32,000 nucleotides of DNA from Pseudomonas aeruginosa (lineage in GTDB: Bacteria; Pseudomonadota; Gammaproteobacteria; Pseudomonadales; Pseudomonadaceae). Positions within the stretch are counted from its first letter, which is position 1; the number at the start of each line of letters is the position of its first letter. Positions 1-11,620 of the stretch are shown here, one piece after another. Below the pieces are notes generated by a model, which made no database searches, was not told the DNA's origin, and worked only from the letters and a program-made list of their open reading frames with translations. Made by a program: the position numbers and the translations under genes. Location of the stretch: contig NZ_LN831024.1 in assembly GCF_001457615.1 (NCBI RefSeq), positions 4,050,001 through 4,082,000 on the forward strand. The letters are read 5' to 3'.

Positions 1-2
1 TT

Positions 3-134
3 CACAAGAGCAACATCTTCCAGAAGGTCGGTTGCAGTTGCATCGGCGCCTTCAAGGCACTCGCCCGGCAAAAGAAGTGGAACTTCTATATCCCGCCGAC
101 CTTCGCCAGCGCCAAGTACATCATCAATCACTAG
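3..134 (+). CDS. C-terminal fragment of an uncharacterised protein truncated by the window edge (…HKSNIFQKVGCSCIGAFKALARQKKWNFYIPPTFASAKYIINH*)
   Basis: Open frame 3 from the window start to TAG at 132-134, with natural-looking amino acid composition and GC-rich third positions; family not recognised. Confidence 0.5.
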   Translation, partial: HKSNIFQKVGCSCIGAFKALARQKKWNFYIPPTFASAKYIINH

Positions 135-199
135 TCGCGCCTCGCGAGAGCCTTCGGCGTGCCGGGCGACGCTTTTGCCGGCGAAACCGAGCGGTTCGA

Positions 200-1765
200 A
201 TGGACAAGGACAACAGCATGTCTCGAAACAATCCTTCGCGTCATTCAATACTCGTCACTTCCAACATAAACGCGGCCAATGATGCGAATCGTCTTTCCGA
301 GCTTTGTCGACAACTGGAAATACGCGGCTATCGGCTCTTCCAGGCGCCAAGCCGCAAGGTCGCCCTGGATTTTCTCGGCAACGCCGCGCACCCCGCCGGC
401 ATCCTCCTGCTCGTCGCGGAGCCGACAGGCGAGAACGAGGCCGCACAATTGGCGGCCCTCGATGAACTCCGCCAGGTCGCGCCGTCCATCCCGCTGTTCC
501 TGTTGTTTCGTCAACTGCGCATCGAGCAGTTGTCCAGCCAGCTACTGGACGAGGCCCAGGGATGCTTCAACCTGGCCGCCGGCCCCGCACGCTTCATCGC
601 CGAGCGCATCGACAGCGACCTGCGCGAATGGCGCGCCCCGGCAGGCCCCAGGCGGCTGCGCGACTATGCCCCGCCGGTCCCGCGCACGCCGGTGAGCGCC
701 CGCTACAACGGCCGCGCACGCCTCGACTTGGCGCCGGCCAAGCAGTGGCGGATCGGCTCGGGGAGCACCGCGGAGCGCCTGGCGACACCGCTGAACGACC
801 TCTCCACGGCCTACCGCAAGACGTCCGCAGGAGCCCCGGCGGCGCACGCCGGCGACATCGCCGAGGCCTTTCGCCGGGCGCTCTGGGAAGCCGCTGCGCG
901 GCTCGCCAGGGAGGATGGCGATACGTGGTTCTTCGAGATACTGCGGGGCAACCCGGGGCCTGGCATCGAGGCCGGCCGGGAGACGCCGGCGAAGCGCTGG
1001 CACGGGCTCGCCGAGACACTCGACAGCAGTCCTCGGCTGGACCCGCTGCGCGTCGCCCTGAGCGCCCCCGGCCTCGATTCGCGCGGTCGCCCGGCCAGCT
1101 TCGGAGTACCCGCCGCGGTGGTCTGCCGCTACCTGCGCCGGCACGGCATCGCCCCGTTGCGCACCGGCGACTATCGCTTCCTGCTGCTGTTTCCCCAGGG
1201 CGCCAGGGCGGAACACGCGCAGCCGCTGGTGGACAGGCTGTGCGAATTCAAACGCCGGCACGACGACGATGCGCCGCTGAAGCAGGTGTTGCCGGAGTTG
1301 CTCGACAGCTCGCCGCTGTACCGCTACATCGGCCTGCGCGAACTCTGCGCGATGATCCACGAAGCCAGCCTGCGGCTGCACCTGACCGCCCTCGCCGACG
1401 CCGCCGCCAGGGCTGCCGGCCACGCCGCGCTGGCGCCGGCCACGGTCTATGGGCACCTGGTCAGGGACGAAACCGAAGCGGTGGCGATCGACAGGCTCGG
1501 CGGCCGTGTGGTCGCCAGCCTGGTCGGCGTCCATCCGGCGGCCACGCCGCTGCTGTTGCCCGGCGAACGGGTGGCCGAGGAATCACCGGCGCTGATCGAC
1601 TACCTGCTGGCCTTGCAGGCCTTCGGCGAGCACTTTCCCGGTTTCGCTCCCGAGTTGCAGGGCATCGAGATCGATGAGCGCGGCCGCTACCGGGTCCGTT
1701 GCGTCAGGCCGGCAGCCCTCGCCCGCGGCTCCGGCCTGCGCCTGGCCACGCGCCGGCCGGACTGA
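200..1765 (+). CDS. Orn/Lys/Arg decarboxylase-like protein with N-terminal wing-like and C-terminal domains but no recognisable PLP catalytic domain
   Basis: Start ATG at 200 or 218 (MSRNNPSRHSILVTSN…). The C-terminal half aligns by eye with E. coli LdcI/LdcC: 'GDTWFFEILR…KRWHGL…LDPLRVALSAPGLDSRGRPASFGVPAAVVCRYLRRHGI…TGDYRFLLLFPQG' vs 'DGWFFDVWQ…TWHGF…LDPIKVTLLTPGM…FGIPASIVAKYLDEHGI…TGPYNLLFLFSIG', and 'ESPALIDYLLALQAFGEHFPGFAPELQGIEIDERGRYRVR' vs 'ESRPVLEFLQMLCEIGAHYPGFETDIHGAYRQADGRYTVK'. The ST-HK PLP-lysine motif is not found. Confidence 0.85.
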   Translation: MDKDNSMSRNNPSRHSILVTSNINAANDANRLSELCRQLEIRGYRLFQAPSRKVALDFLGNAAHPAGILLLVAEPTGENEAAQLAALDELRQVAPSIPLFLLFRQLRIEQLSSQLLDEAQGCFNLAAGPARFIAERIDSDLREWRAPAGPRRLRDYAPPVPRTPVSARYNGRARLDLAPAKQWRIGSGSTAERLATPLNDLSTAYRKTSAGAPAAHAGDIAEAFRRALWEAAARLAREDGDTWFFEILRGNPGPGIEAGRETPAKRWHGLAETLDSSPRLDPLRVALSAPGLDSRGRPASFGVPAAVVCRYLRRHGIAPLRTGDYRFLLLFPQGARAEHAQPLVDRLCEFKRRHDDDAPLKQVLPELLDSSPLYRYIGLRELCAMIHEASLRLHLTALADAAARAAGHAALAPATVYGHLVRDETEAVAIDRLGGRVVASLVGVHPAATPLLLPGERVAEESPALIDYLLALQAFGEHFPGFAPELQGIEIDERGRYRVRCVRPAALARGSGLRLATRRPD

Positions 1766-1775
1766 GGCGCGCCGT

Positions 1776-3365
1776 TCAGCGCAGCGCCTTGCTCAACTGG
1801 CCACGGTGCTTGAGTTCCAGGCGCTGGACGAAGGCCTGGAGGATGCGCCGGTAGAGTTCGTCGCCGAGCTGGCCGTCCTCGACGCCGGCATCGATATTCG
1901 GGTTGTCGTTGACCTCGATGACCAGCACCTTGTCGCCGGCCTGCTTCAGGTCCACCCCGTAGAGGCCGTCGCCGATCAGCCCGGCGGCCTCCAGGGCCAG
2001 CTCCAGCACCGCCGGCGGCACCTGCTCCAGCGGCACGGCGCGGCACTCGCCGTTGACGTCCTGGCCGTCGGCCTTGTGGTTGTAGATCTGCCAGTGGCCG
2101 CGCGACATGAAGTACTGGCAGGCGTACAGCGGTTGGCGGTCGAGCACGCCGATGCGCCAGTCGTACTCGGTGTAGAAGAACTCCTGGGCCAGCAACAGGA
2201 CCGAGCGCTCGAACAGCTCGCTCGCCGCCGCCAGCAGTTCGCTGTCGTCGTTGACCTTGACCACGCCACGGGAGAAGCAGCCATCGGGAATCTTCAGCAC
2301 CAGCGGGAAGCCCAGGCGCCGGGCCACCCGCTGCCAGTCCTGCGGGCGTTCCTTGTAGAGGATCTCGGTGAGCGGCATGCCCAGTTGCCGGCAACCAAGC
2401 AGGTCGGCCAGGTAGACCTTGTTGGTGCAGCGCAGGATCGATGCCGGGTCGTCCATCACCACCAGGCCTTCGCGCTCGGCCTTCTCGGCGAAGCGATAGG
2501 TATGGTGGTCGACCCGGGTGGTCTCGCGGATCAGCAGGGCGTCGAACTCGGCCAGGCGCGCGTAGTCCTTGCGTCCGATCAGTTCGACGTCGATGCCGAG
2601 GCTGGCGCCGACCCGTACGAAGTTGGCCAGCGCCTGCGGGTTGGACGGCGGCAGCGCTTCGTCGGGATCGTGGAGGATCGCCATGTCGTAGCGTGCCACC
2701 CGCCGCGAACGCGGCATGCGCCAGGCGCGCCGGCTGAAACCGTCGAGGGCGTCGGCGAAGACATCCTCCTGGTCGCTGCGCAGGCGGTTCAGCACGCCAG
2801 GGCGCACGCCCTCGATATGCCAGCCCTGCTGGCGACGGAACTCCACCAGCAGGATCGGACAGGGAAAGGCTTCGAACAACTGGCGGGCGAGGTCGGCCAG
2901 CAGCTCGAACTCGGTATGGCCGAAATACAGGGTCAGGGTGAAGCCGTCGGTGGCGCCATAGGGCGTACGGCACAGCGCCTTGTCCAGGGCCTTGTCGAGG
3001 CCACCCAGGGCCAGCCCGTACACCGACTTGCGAGCCAGTTCGCTGATGCAGCGCAGCGACGGGATCACCCGGTGGCCACGGGCCTCGGCCAGCAGCGAAC
3101 AGTAGTAGCCGAGGCCGAGGTACTTGTAGCCGCGGCACAGGTTGATCACCTGCACGCGGCGGCCGCCGTGGTCGCGCGCCGATTGCTCGAGGTATTCCTG
3201 GGCGGTGAGTACTTCCTCGCTGGGCAGGTAGGAGGCCCAGTCCTCGCGTCGCTCGACGACGATCATCAGGCGGCTGCCGAGGTCGGCGAGAGCCGGCGGT
3301 CGGGGTTGCTCGACGGGGGTCATGCGGAGCGACCCGTCGAGGGTGGCTAACGAGGCTGCTGACAT
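1776..3365 (-). CDS. RimK-like ATP-grasp protein with RLAN-type N-terminal domain
   Basis: 'RLGFPLVLKIPDGCFSRGVVKV…LLAQEFFYTEYDWRIGVLD…GDKVLVIEVNDNPNIDAGVED' is a RimK-type ATP-grasp signature. The N-terminal 'MIVVERREDWASYLPSEEVLTAQEYL' resembles the RimK-like ATP-grasp N-terminal domain. Exact start uncertain (also ATG at 3323 or 3269). Confidence 0.8.
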   Translation of the reverse strand: MSAASLATLDGSLRMTPVEQPRPPALADLGSRLMIVVERREDWASYLPSEEVLTAQEYLEQSARDHGGRRVQVINLCRGYKYLGLGYYCSLLAEARGHRVIPSLRCISELARKSVYGLALGGLDKALDKALCRTPYGATDGFTLTLYFGHTEFELLADLARQLFEAFPCPILLVEFRRQQGWHIEGVRPGVLNRLRSDQEDVFADALDGFSRRAWRMPRSRRVARYDMAILHDPDEALPPSNPQALANFVRVGASLGIDVELIGRKDYARLAEFDALLIRETTRVDHHTYRFAEKAEREGLVVMDDPASILRCTNKVYLADLLGCRQLGMPLTEILYKERPQDWQRVARRLGFPLVLKIPDGCFSRGVVKVNDDSELLAAASELFERSVLLLAQEFFYTEYDWRIGVLDRQPLYACQYFMSRGHWQIYNHKADGQDVNGECRAVPLEQVPPAVLELALEAAGLIGDGLYGVDLKQAGDKVLVIEVNDNPNIDAGVEDGQLGDELYRRILQAFVQRLELKHRGQLSKALR

Positions 3366-3548
3366 GAGTGGCGGTATCCTCTGAATGACGGTACCTGCCG
3401 TTCTAGACCTGCCGGCGCCTCCTGTCGCGCCTCGTTACGCAAGCTTTACGAGCGCCGCCGCCAGACGCCGGCGCGGCAACCGGCCAGGGCCGCCGGGCAC
3501 CGCGCCGCGAGTGCCGAGGAGCATTTTTACGCTGGCGTTGCGCGCTCG

Positions 3549-4343
3549 TCAGGCCAGGCTGTCGAGCACCCCGCCGTCGACCCGCAGGGCCGCGCCGGTG
3601 GTCGCCGAGGCCTGGGTCGAGCAGGTGTAGACCACCAGGTTGGAGACTTCCTCGGGCGTCGCCAGGCGCTGGATGATCGAACTGGAACGGTGCTGCCGGA
3701 CAAAGGCGGTGCCGGCCTCTTCTATGCTCTGCCCGGCCTTCTGCGCATCCTCGCGGAGCATCTCGGCGACGCCTTCGGTGAGGGTCGGTCCGGGCAGCAC
3801 CGCATTCACCGTCACCCCGGTGCCGGCCAGGCGCTTGGCCAGGCCGCGCGACACCGAGAGGTTGGCGGTCTTGCTGAAGCCGTAGTGGATCATGTCCGCC
3901 GGGATGTTCAACGCCGATTCCGAAGACAGGAACACCACTCGCCCCCAACCGCGCTCGACCATTCCCGGGACGTAGGCGCGGGCCAGGCGCACCCCGGACA
4001 TCACGTTGACCTCGAAGAAGCGGCTCCACTCGGCGTCCTCGATGTCGAAGAAGTCCTTCAGCTCGAAGATGCCCAGGTTGTTGACCAGGATGTCCGCCTT
4101 CGGCTCGGCCGCAACGAAAGCCGCGCAGCCTTCCGCCGTGCCCAGGTCGCCGGCGACGCCGCGCACCCTGGCATCCGGCTGGTCGTTCCGGATCGCCGCG
4201 ATCGCACGGTCCACCGCCGCCTGGCTGCGTCCGTTGACCACCACGGTGGCGCCGGCGGCGGCGAGGCCGCTGGCGATGGCGAAGCCGATGCCGGCGGTGG
4301 AACCGCTGACGATTGCCAGTTTGTCGCTCAGATCGATCTGCAT
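3549..4343 (-). CDS. Short-chain dehydrogenase/reductase (SDR) family oxidoreductase
   Basis: N-terminal SGSTAGIGFAIA Rossmann motif, ILVNNLG, LSSESA, YGFSK catalytic motif, C-terminal RVDGG. Confidence 0.93.
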   Translation of the reverse strand: MQIDLSDKLAIVSGSTAGIGFAIASGLAAAGATVVVNGRSQAAVDRAIAAIRNDQPDARVRGVAGDLGTAEGCAAFVAAEPKADILVNNLGIFELKDFFDIEDAEWSRFFEVNVMSGVRLARAYVPGMVERGWGRVVFLSSESALNIPADMIHYGFSKTANLSVSRGLAKRLAGTGVTVNAVLPGPTLTEGVAEMLREDAQKAGQSIEEAGTAFVRQHRSSSIIQRLATPEEVSNLVVYTCSTQASATTGAALRVDGGVLDSLA

Positions 4344-4438
4344 GGGAGTCTCCTGTCGAGTGACGAACCGCTCAGGAACGCGGCTCGGGGAACAGACGAC
4401 AGCCTAGACCAGCCAGCGTTCCGTGCCCGTTCCTGGCC

Positions 4439-4897
4439 TCAGAGACGCAGGCCGAGGTTGATCATCGCCGCCGAATTGCCGAGCAGCACCAGCTCGCTGC
4501 CCAGCGGGCCGAAGCGAACGCCCACCGAGGGGATGATCGCCGGCGCGACGCCGAAGCGGTTCAGCGGGATCTTGTCGCGGTATTCGCCGCGATAGCCCTG
4601 CAACAGGCCGCCGGTGAGCTTCAGGTAGACCGGGTAGCTGTCACTGTCGAAACGCTTGCCCAGGTAGGCGTAGTTGGAGCGCTGGCTGAACGAGTTGCGG
4701 AAGGTCGCACCGCCGGCCAGCACGCCATCGGCGCGGTTGTATTCGAGGCCGAGCAGGTCCTGGTGATTGTTGTGTTCAGGGTCCGGGTTGAAATGCCGGG
4801 TGTAGACGCTGGTCTGCAGGTACCAGAAGTCGCCGTCGTCGGCAGCCCAGGCAGGTGCGGCGAGCACGGCCAGCAGGCTGAGGATGAGATAGCGCAT
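4439..4897 (-). CDS. pagP: Lipid A palmitoyltransferase PagP (divergent Pseudomonas type; PA1343-like), with signal peptide
   Basis: MRYLILSLLAVLAAPAWAADD signal peptide; short outer-membrane beta-barrel-like sequence (…NNHQDLLGLEYN…ATFRNSFSQRSNYAYLGKRF…). Matches my recollection of the P. aeruginosa PA1343/PagP protein located beside aatJ. Confidence 0.75.
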   Translation of the reverse strand: MRYLILSLLAVLAAPAWAADDGDFWYLQTSVYTRHFNPDPEHNNHQDLLGLEYNRADGVLAGGATFRNSFSQRSNYAYLGKRFDSDSYPVYLKLTGGLLQGYRGEYRDKIPLNRFGVAPAIIPSVGVRFGPLGSELVLLGNSAAMINLGLRL

Positions 4898-4970
4898 GTG
4901 GACTCCAGGCGGCCGTCGCCAGGGAAGGAAGGCAAGACGTGACGGCTTGCGCCTCGCAGCGTGAATTCTG

Positions 4971-5020
4971 CTGAACCCGGCCTGAATCGGGCCTGAACGA
5001 AGCCTGAACAATTTCTGAAC
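4971..5020 (-). promoter_or_regulatory. Five direct hexamer repeats GTTCAG/ATTCAG (minus strand) at exact 11-nt periodicity; candidate OmpR-family (PhoP/PmrA-like) operator array for pagP
   Basis: Plus-strand copies CTGAAC 4971, CTGAAT 4982, CTGAAC 4993, CTGAAC 5004, CTGAAC 5015. Confidence 0.65.
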
Positions 5021-5070
5021 GAACCGTCAGAAAACCCCGGAATGGCTCAAGAACGGACGTCGGCGAAACG

Positions 5071-5084
5071 TTCGGAAAACCGAA
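5071..5084. promoter_or_regulatory. AauR-type operator TTCGG-N4-CCGAA
   Basis: TTCGGAAAACCGAA perfect palindrome; matches the TTCGGNNNNCCGAA motif reported for AauR in pseudomonads. Confidence 0.7.
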
Positions 5085-5203
5085 CGCCATGCCCCGAAAA
5101 TATTCGGAAGAGCGGACGAAAGGCCATTTCGGGGCATTTTCATCCAAATTTAATTTCTTTTACTTTCAAACGGTTAGGCTAAAAAAAACCGGATTTCATA
5201 AGC

Positions 5204-5219
5204 TGGCATGCATCCTGCC
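5204..5219 (+). promoter_or_regulatory. Sigma54 (RpoN) promoter for aatJ
   Basis: TGGCATGCATCCTGCC: GG at 5205-5206 and GC at 5217-5218, separated by 10 nt. Confidence 0.7.
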
Positions 5220-5348
5220 ACTACACTGTTCGGCAAGCACGATACTCTCGTGGCTTCCCCCGCCGGGGAAAACCGCGAAACACCCTGTCCCGGAGAGGCC
5301 AGGCGCTCGCGGCTCAATAAAAATCAAAACAAGTCGAGGAAGAAATTC

Positions 5349-6257
5349 ATGCGTATCGCTCCCAGTCTGCTGAGCACCGCCATCGTGGCCGCTCTGTTGT
5401 CCGCTCCGGTCGTCGCTGACGAGCTCACCGGCACGCTGAAGAAGATCAAGGACACCGGCACCATCACCCTCGGTCACCGTGACGCTTCGATTCCCTTCTC
5501 CTACCTCGGCACCGAGCCGGGCAAGCCGATCGGCTACTCCCACGACCTGCAACTGAAAGTGGTCGAGGCGGTGAAGAAGGAACTCAACCTCCCCGAGCTG
5601 AAGGTCCGCTATAACCTGGTCACCTCGCAGACCCGCATCCCGCTGGTGCAGAACGGCACCGTGGACATCGAGTGCGGCTCCACCACCAACAACGAAGAGC
5701 GCCAGAAGCAGGTCGACTTCTCCGTCGGCATCTTCGAGGTCGGCACCCGCCTGCTGTCGAAGAAGACCGCCAACATCAAGGACTTCGACGACCTCAAGGG
5801 CAAGAACGTGGTGACCACCGCCGGCACCACCTCCGAGCGCCTGCTCAAGGCCATGAACGCGGACAAGAAGATGGGCATGAACATCATCTCCGCCAAGGAC
5901 CACGGCGAGTCCTTCATGATGCTCGAATCCGGCCGCGCGGTGGCCTTCATGATGGACGACGCGCTGCTCTACGGCGAAATGGCCAAGGCCAAGAAGCCGG
6001 ACGACTGGGTCGTCGGCGGCACCCCGCAGTCCTTCGAGATCTACGGCTGCATGGTGCGCAAGGGCGACGCGGCGTTCAAGAAAGTGGTCGACAAGGCCAT
6101 CACCGATACCTACGCCTCCGGCGAGGTCAACAAGATCTACGACAAGTGGTTCACCCAGCCGATCCCGCCGAAGGGCCTGAACCTCAACTTCCCCATGAGC
6201 GAAGAGCTGAAGAAGCTGATCGCCAGCCCGACCGACAAGGCCGCCGAGCAGATGTAA
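5349..6257 (+). CDS. aatJ: Glutamate/aspartate ABC transporter periplasmic substrate-binding protein
   Basis: Signal peptide MRIAPSLLSTAIVAALLSAPVVA, family 3 solute-binding protein sequence (TGTITLGHRDASIPFSYLG…KPIGYSHDL); first gene of an ABC operon. Confidence 0.95.
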   Translation: MRIAPSLLSTAIVAALLSAPVVADELTGTLKKIKDTGTITLGHRDASIPFSYLGTEPGKPIGYSHDLQLKVVEAVKKELNLPELKVRYNLVTSQTRIPLVQNGTVDIECGSTTNNEERQKQVDFSVGIFEVGTRLLSKKTANIKDFDDLKGKNVVTTAGTTSERLLKAMNADKKMGMNIISAKDHGESFMMLESGRAVAFMMDDALLYGEMAKAKKPDDWVVGGTPQSFEIYGCMVRKGDAAFKKVVDKAITDTYASGEVNKIYDKWFTQPIPPKGLNLNFPMSEELKKLIASPTDKAAEQM

Positions 6258-6259
6258 CG

Positions 6260-6292
6260 AGCGCCTGGCGTTCCTCCCGGAGCGCCAGCGCT
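6260..6292 (+). other. Intercistronic RNA hairpin between the binding-protein gene and the permease genes
   Basis: AGCG-c-CTGGCG-TTCC / TCCC loop / GGAG-CGCCAG-CGCT: about 14 bp with one bulge, 2 nt after the aatJ stop. Confidence 0.6.
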
Positions 6293-6458
6293 TCGCGCGT
6301 CGCCCCCGCCTCGCGGCGGGGCCTCGGGGACGCGGGAGGGCCTGCCCCTCCCCAGCCGTCTCCCCCGGAAGAGCAGCGCCGCCGGCCCGCACGGCCGCGC
6401 CGGCGCCTGCCTTCCCCGCCAGTGTCTGCAACCGATTGAACCGAGGGGAAACCCCAAC

Positions 6459-7205
6459 ATGAATTACAACTGGGACTGGGGCGTGTTCTTCAAGTCCACC
6501 GGGATCGGCAGCGAAACCTACCTCGACTGGTACATCGCCGGTCTGGGCTGGACCATCGCCATCGCCCTGGTCGGCTGGATCATCGCCCTGGCGCTGGGCT
6601 CGCTGCTCGGCGTCATGCGCACCGTGCCGAACCGCCTGGTATCGGGGATCGCCACCGCCTACGTGGAAATCTTCCGCAACGTGCCGCTGCTGGTGCAGCT
6701 GTTCATCTGGTACTTCCTGGTACCCGACCTGCTGCCCGAGGGCCTGCAGACCTGGTTCAAGCAGGACCTCAACCCGACTACCTCGGCCTACCTCAGCGTG
6801 GTCGTCTGCCTCGGCCTGTTCACCGCCGCGCGGGTCTGCGAGCAGGTGCGCACCGGCATCCAGGCGCTGCCCTACGGGCAGACCTCGGCGGCCCGCGCGA
6901 TGGGCTTCCGCCTGCCGCAGATCTACCGCCACGTGCTGCTGCCGCAGGCCTTCCGGATCATCATCCCGCCGCTGACCTCGGAGTTCCTCAACATCTTCAA
7001 GAACTCCTCGGTGGCGTCGCTGATCGGCCTGATGGAGCTGCTGGCGCAGACCAAGCAGACCGCCGAGTTCTCCGCCAACCTGTTCGAGGCCTTCACCCTG
7101 GCCACGCTGATCTACTTCACGCTGAACATGAGCCTGATGCTGATCATGCGCCTGGTGGAGAGAAAGGTCGCCGTACCGGGCCTGATCTCCGTAGGAGGTA
7201 AATGA
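6459..7205 (+). CDS. aatQ: Glutamate/aspartate ABC transporter permease
   Basis: HisM/GltJ-type permease with EAA-like motif ([45 protein letters not shown]). Confidence 0.95.
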   Translation: MNYNWDWGVFFKSTGIGSETYLDWYIAGLGWTIAIALVGWIIALALGSLLGVMRTVPNRLVSGIATAYVEIFRNVPLLVQLFIWYFLVPDLLPEGLQTWFKQDLNPTTSAYLSVVVCLGLFTAARVCEQVRTGIQALPYGQTSAARAMGFRLPQIYRHVLLPQAFRIIIPPLTSEFLNIFKNSSVASLIGLMELLAQTKQTAEFSANLFEAFTLATLIYFTLNMSLMLIMRLVERKVAVPGLISVGGK

Positions 7206-7870
7206 TGGACTTCAGTGGAATCGTTCCCGCCCTGCCGAGCCTCTGGGAAGGCATGCTGATGACCCTCAAGCTGATGGTCCTCGGCGTCCTCGGCGGCGTC
7301 GCGCTGGGTACCGTGCTGGCGCTGATGCGGCTGTCGCACAGCAAGTTGCTGTCGAACATCGCCGGCTTCTACGTCAACTACTTCCGCTCGATCCCGCTGC
7401 TGCTGGTGATCACCTGGTTCTACTTCGCGGTGCCCTTCATCCTGCGCTGGATCACCGGCGAGGACACCCCGGTGGGGGCGTTCACCTCCTGCCTGGTGGC
7501 CTTCATGATGTTCGAGGCGGCCTACTACTGCGAGATCGTCCGCGCCGGCATCCAGGCCATCCCGAAAGGCCAGATGGGCGCCGCCCAGGCACTGGGCATG
7601 ACCTACGGGCAGACCATGCGCCTGGTGATCCTGCCGCAGGCGTTCCGCAAGATGACCCCGCTGCTGCTGCAACAGAGCATCATCCTGTTCCAGGACACCT
7701 CGCTGGTCTATACCGTCGGCCTGATGGACTTCCTCAATTCGGCCCGTTCGCGCGGCGACATCATCGGCCAGGCCAACGAGTTCCTGATTTTCGCCGGCCT
7801 GGTCTACTTCGTCGTAAGCTTCACCGCCTCGTTCGCCGTCAAACGTCTGCAGAAAAGGTTAACCGTATGA
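7202..7870 (+). CDS. aatM: Glutamate/aspartate ABC transporter permease
   Basis: HisM/GltK-type permease ([45 protein letters not shown]); ATGA overlap with aatQ. Confidence 0.95.
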   Translation: MMDFSGIVPALPSLWEGMLMTLKLMVLGVLGGVALGTVLALMRLSHSKLLSNIAGFYVNYFRSIPLLLVITWFYFAVPFILRWITGEDTPVGAFTSCLVAFMMFEAAYYCEIVRAGIQAIPKGQMGAAQALGMTYGQTMRLVILPQAFRKMTPLLLQQSIILFQDTSLVYTVGLMDFLNSARSRGDIIGQANEFLIFAGLVYFVVSFTASFAVKRLQKRLTV

Positions 7871-8601
7871 TTTCCATCAAGAATGTCAGCAAGTGGTATG
7901 GCGACTTCCAGGTCCTGACCGACTGCTCCACCGAGGTTGCGAAAGGCGAAGTGGTGGTGGTCTGCGGGCCGTCGGGCTCGGGCAAGTCGACCCTGATCAA
8001 GTGCGTCAACGCACTGGAACCCTTCCAGAAGGGCGACATCGTCGTCGACGGCACCTCCATCGCCGATCCGAAGACCAACCTGCCCAAGCTGCGCTCGCGG
8101 GTCGGCATGGTGTTCCAGCATTTCGAGCTGTTTCCCCACCTGAGCATCACCGAGAACCTGACCATCGCGCAGATCAAGGTACTCGGCCGCAGCAAGGAAG
8201 AAGCCACCAAGAAGGGCCTGGCCCTGCTCGAGCGCGTCGGTCTCAAGGAGCACGCGCACAAGCACCCCGGCCAGCTCTCCGGCGGCCAGCAGCAGCGCGT
8301 GGCGATCGCCCGCGCGCTGGCGATGGACCCGGTGGTGATGCTGTTCGACGAGCCGACCTCGGCGCTCGACCCGGAAATGGTCAACGAAGTGCTCGACGTG
8401 ATGGTCCAGCTGGCCCACGAAGGCATGACCATGATGTGCGTGACCCACGAGATGGGCTTCGCGCGCAAGGTCGCCAACCGGGTGATCTTCATGGACCGCG
8501 GGCAGATCGTGGAAGACTGCGAGAAGGAGGAGTTCTTCGGCGACGTCAGCGCCCGCTCCGAACGTGCCCAGCAGTTCCTCGCCAAGATCCTCCCGCACTG
8601 A
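7867..8601 (+). CDS. aatP: Glutamate/aspartate ABC transporter ATP-binding protein
   Basis: Walker [10 protein letters not shown], signature LSGGQQQR, Walker [15 protein letters not shown]. Confidence 0.97.
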   Translation: MISIKNVSKWYGDFQVLTDCSTEVAKGEVVVVCGPSGSGKSTLIKCVNALEPFQKGDIVVDGTSIADPKTNLPKLRSRVGMVFQHFELFPHLSITENLTIAQIKVLGRSKEEATKKGLALLERVGLKEHAHKHPGQLSGGQQQRVAIARALAMDPVVMLFDEPTSALDPEMVNEVLDVMVQLAHEGMTMMCVTHEMGFARKVANRVIFMDRGQIVEDCEKEEFFGDVSARSERAQQFLAKILPH

Positions 8602-8677
8602 TGTACCCGCCCTCGCCGGCCCGCCCGGCGGGGCCTGCTCCACCCTCGCCTGCGATAACAATAAATAGGGAAAGCCC

Positions 8678-11525
<2,848 letters not shown>

Positions 11526-11620
11526 GTGAACCCTTCCGGCGCCGCCTGCCGGCCGTGCCGGAAAACCGCCCGCTCCGCCGCCCATCGTGGCGGCGGGCTG
11601 GCCTAGCCGCGACGACTGTG

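Noticed and set aside
542-1534. Long antisense ORF (330 aa) opposite the decarboxylase-like gene
   Set aside because: High-GC shadow ORF; the plus-strand frame carries clear family homology and the antisense composition is Ala/Arg/Gly/His-rich without motifs.
5196-6932. 578-aa minus-strand ORF across aatJ-aatQ
   Set aside because: Antisense shadow of two well-supported ABC transporter genes; low-complexity GC-driven composition.
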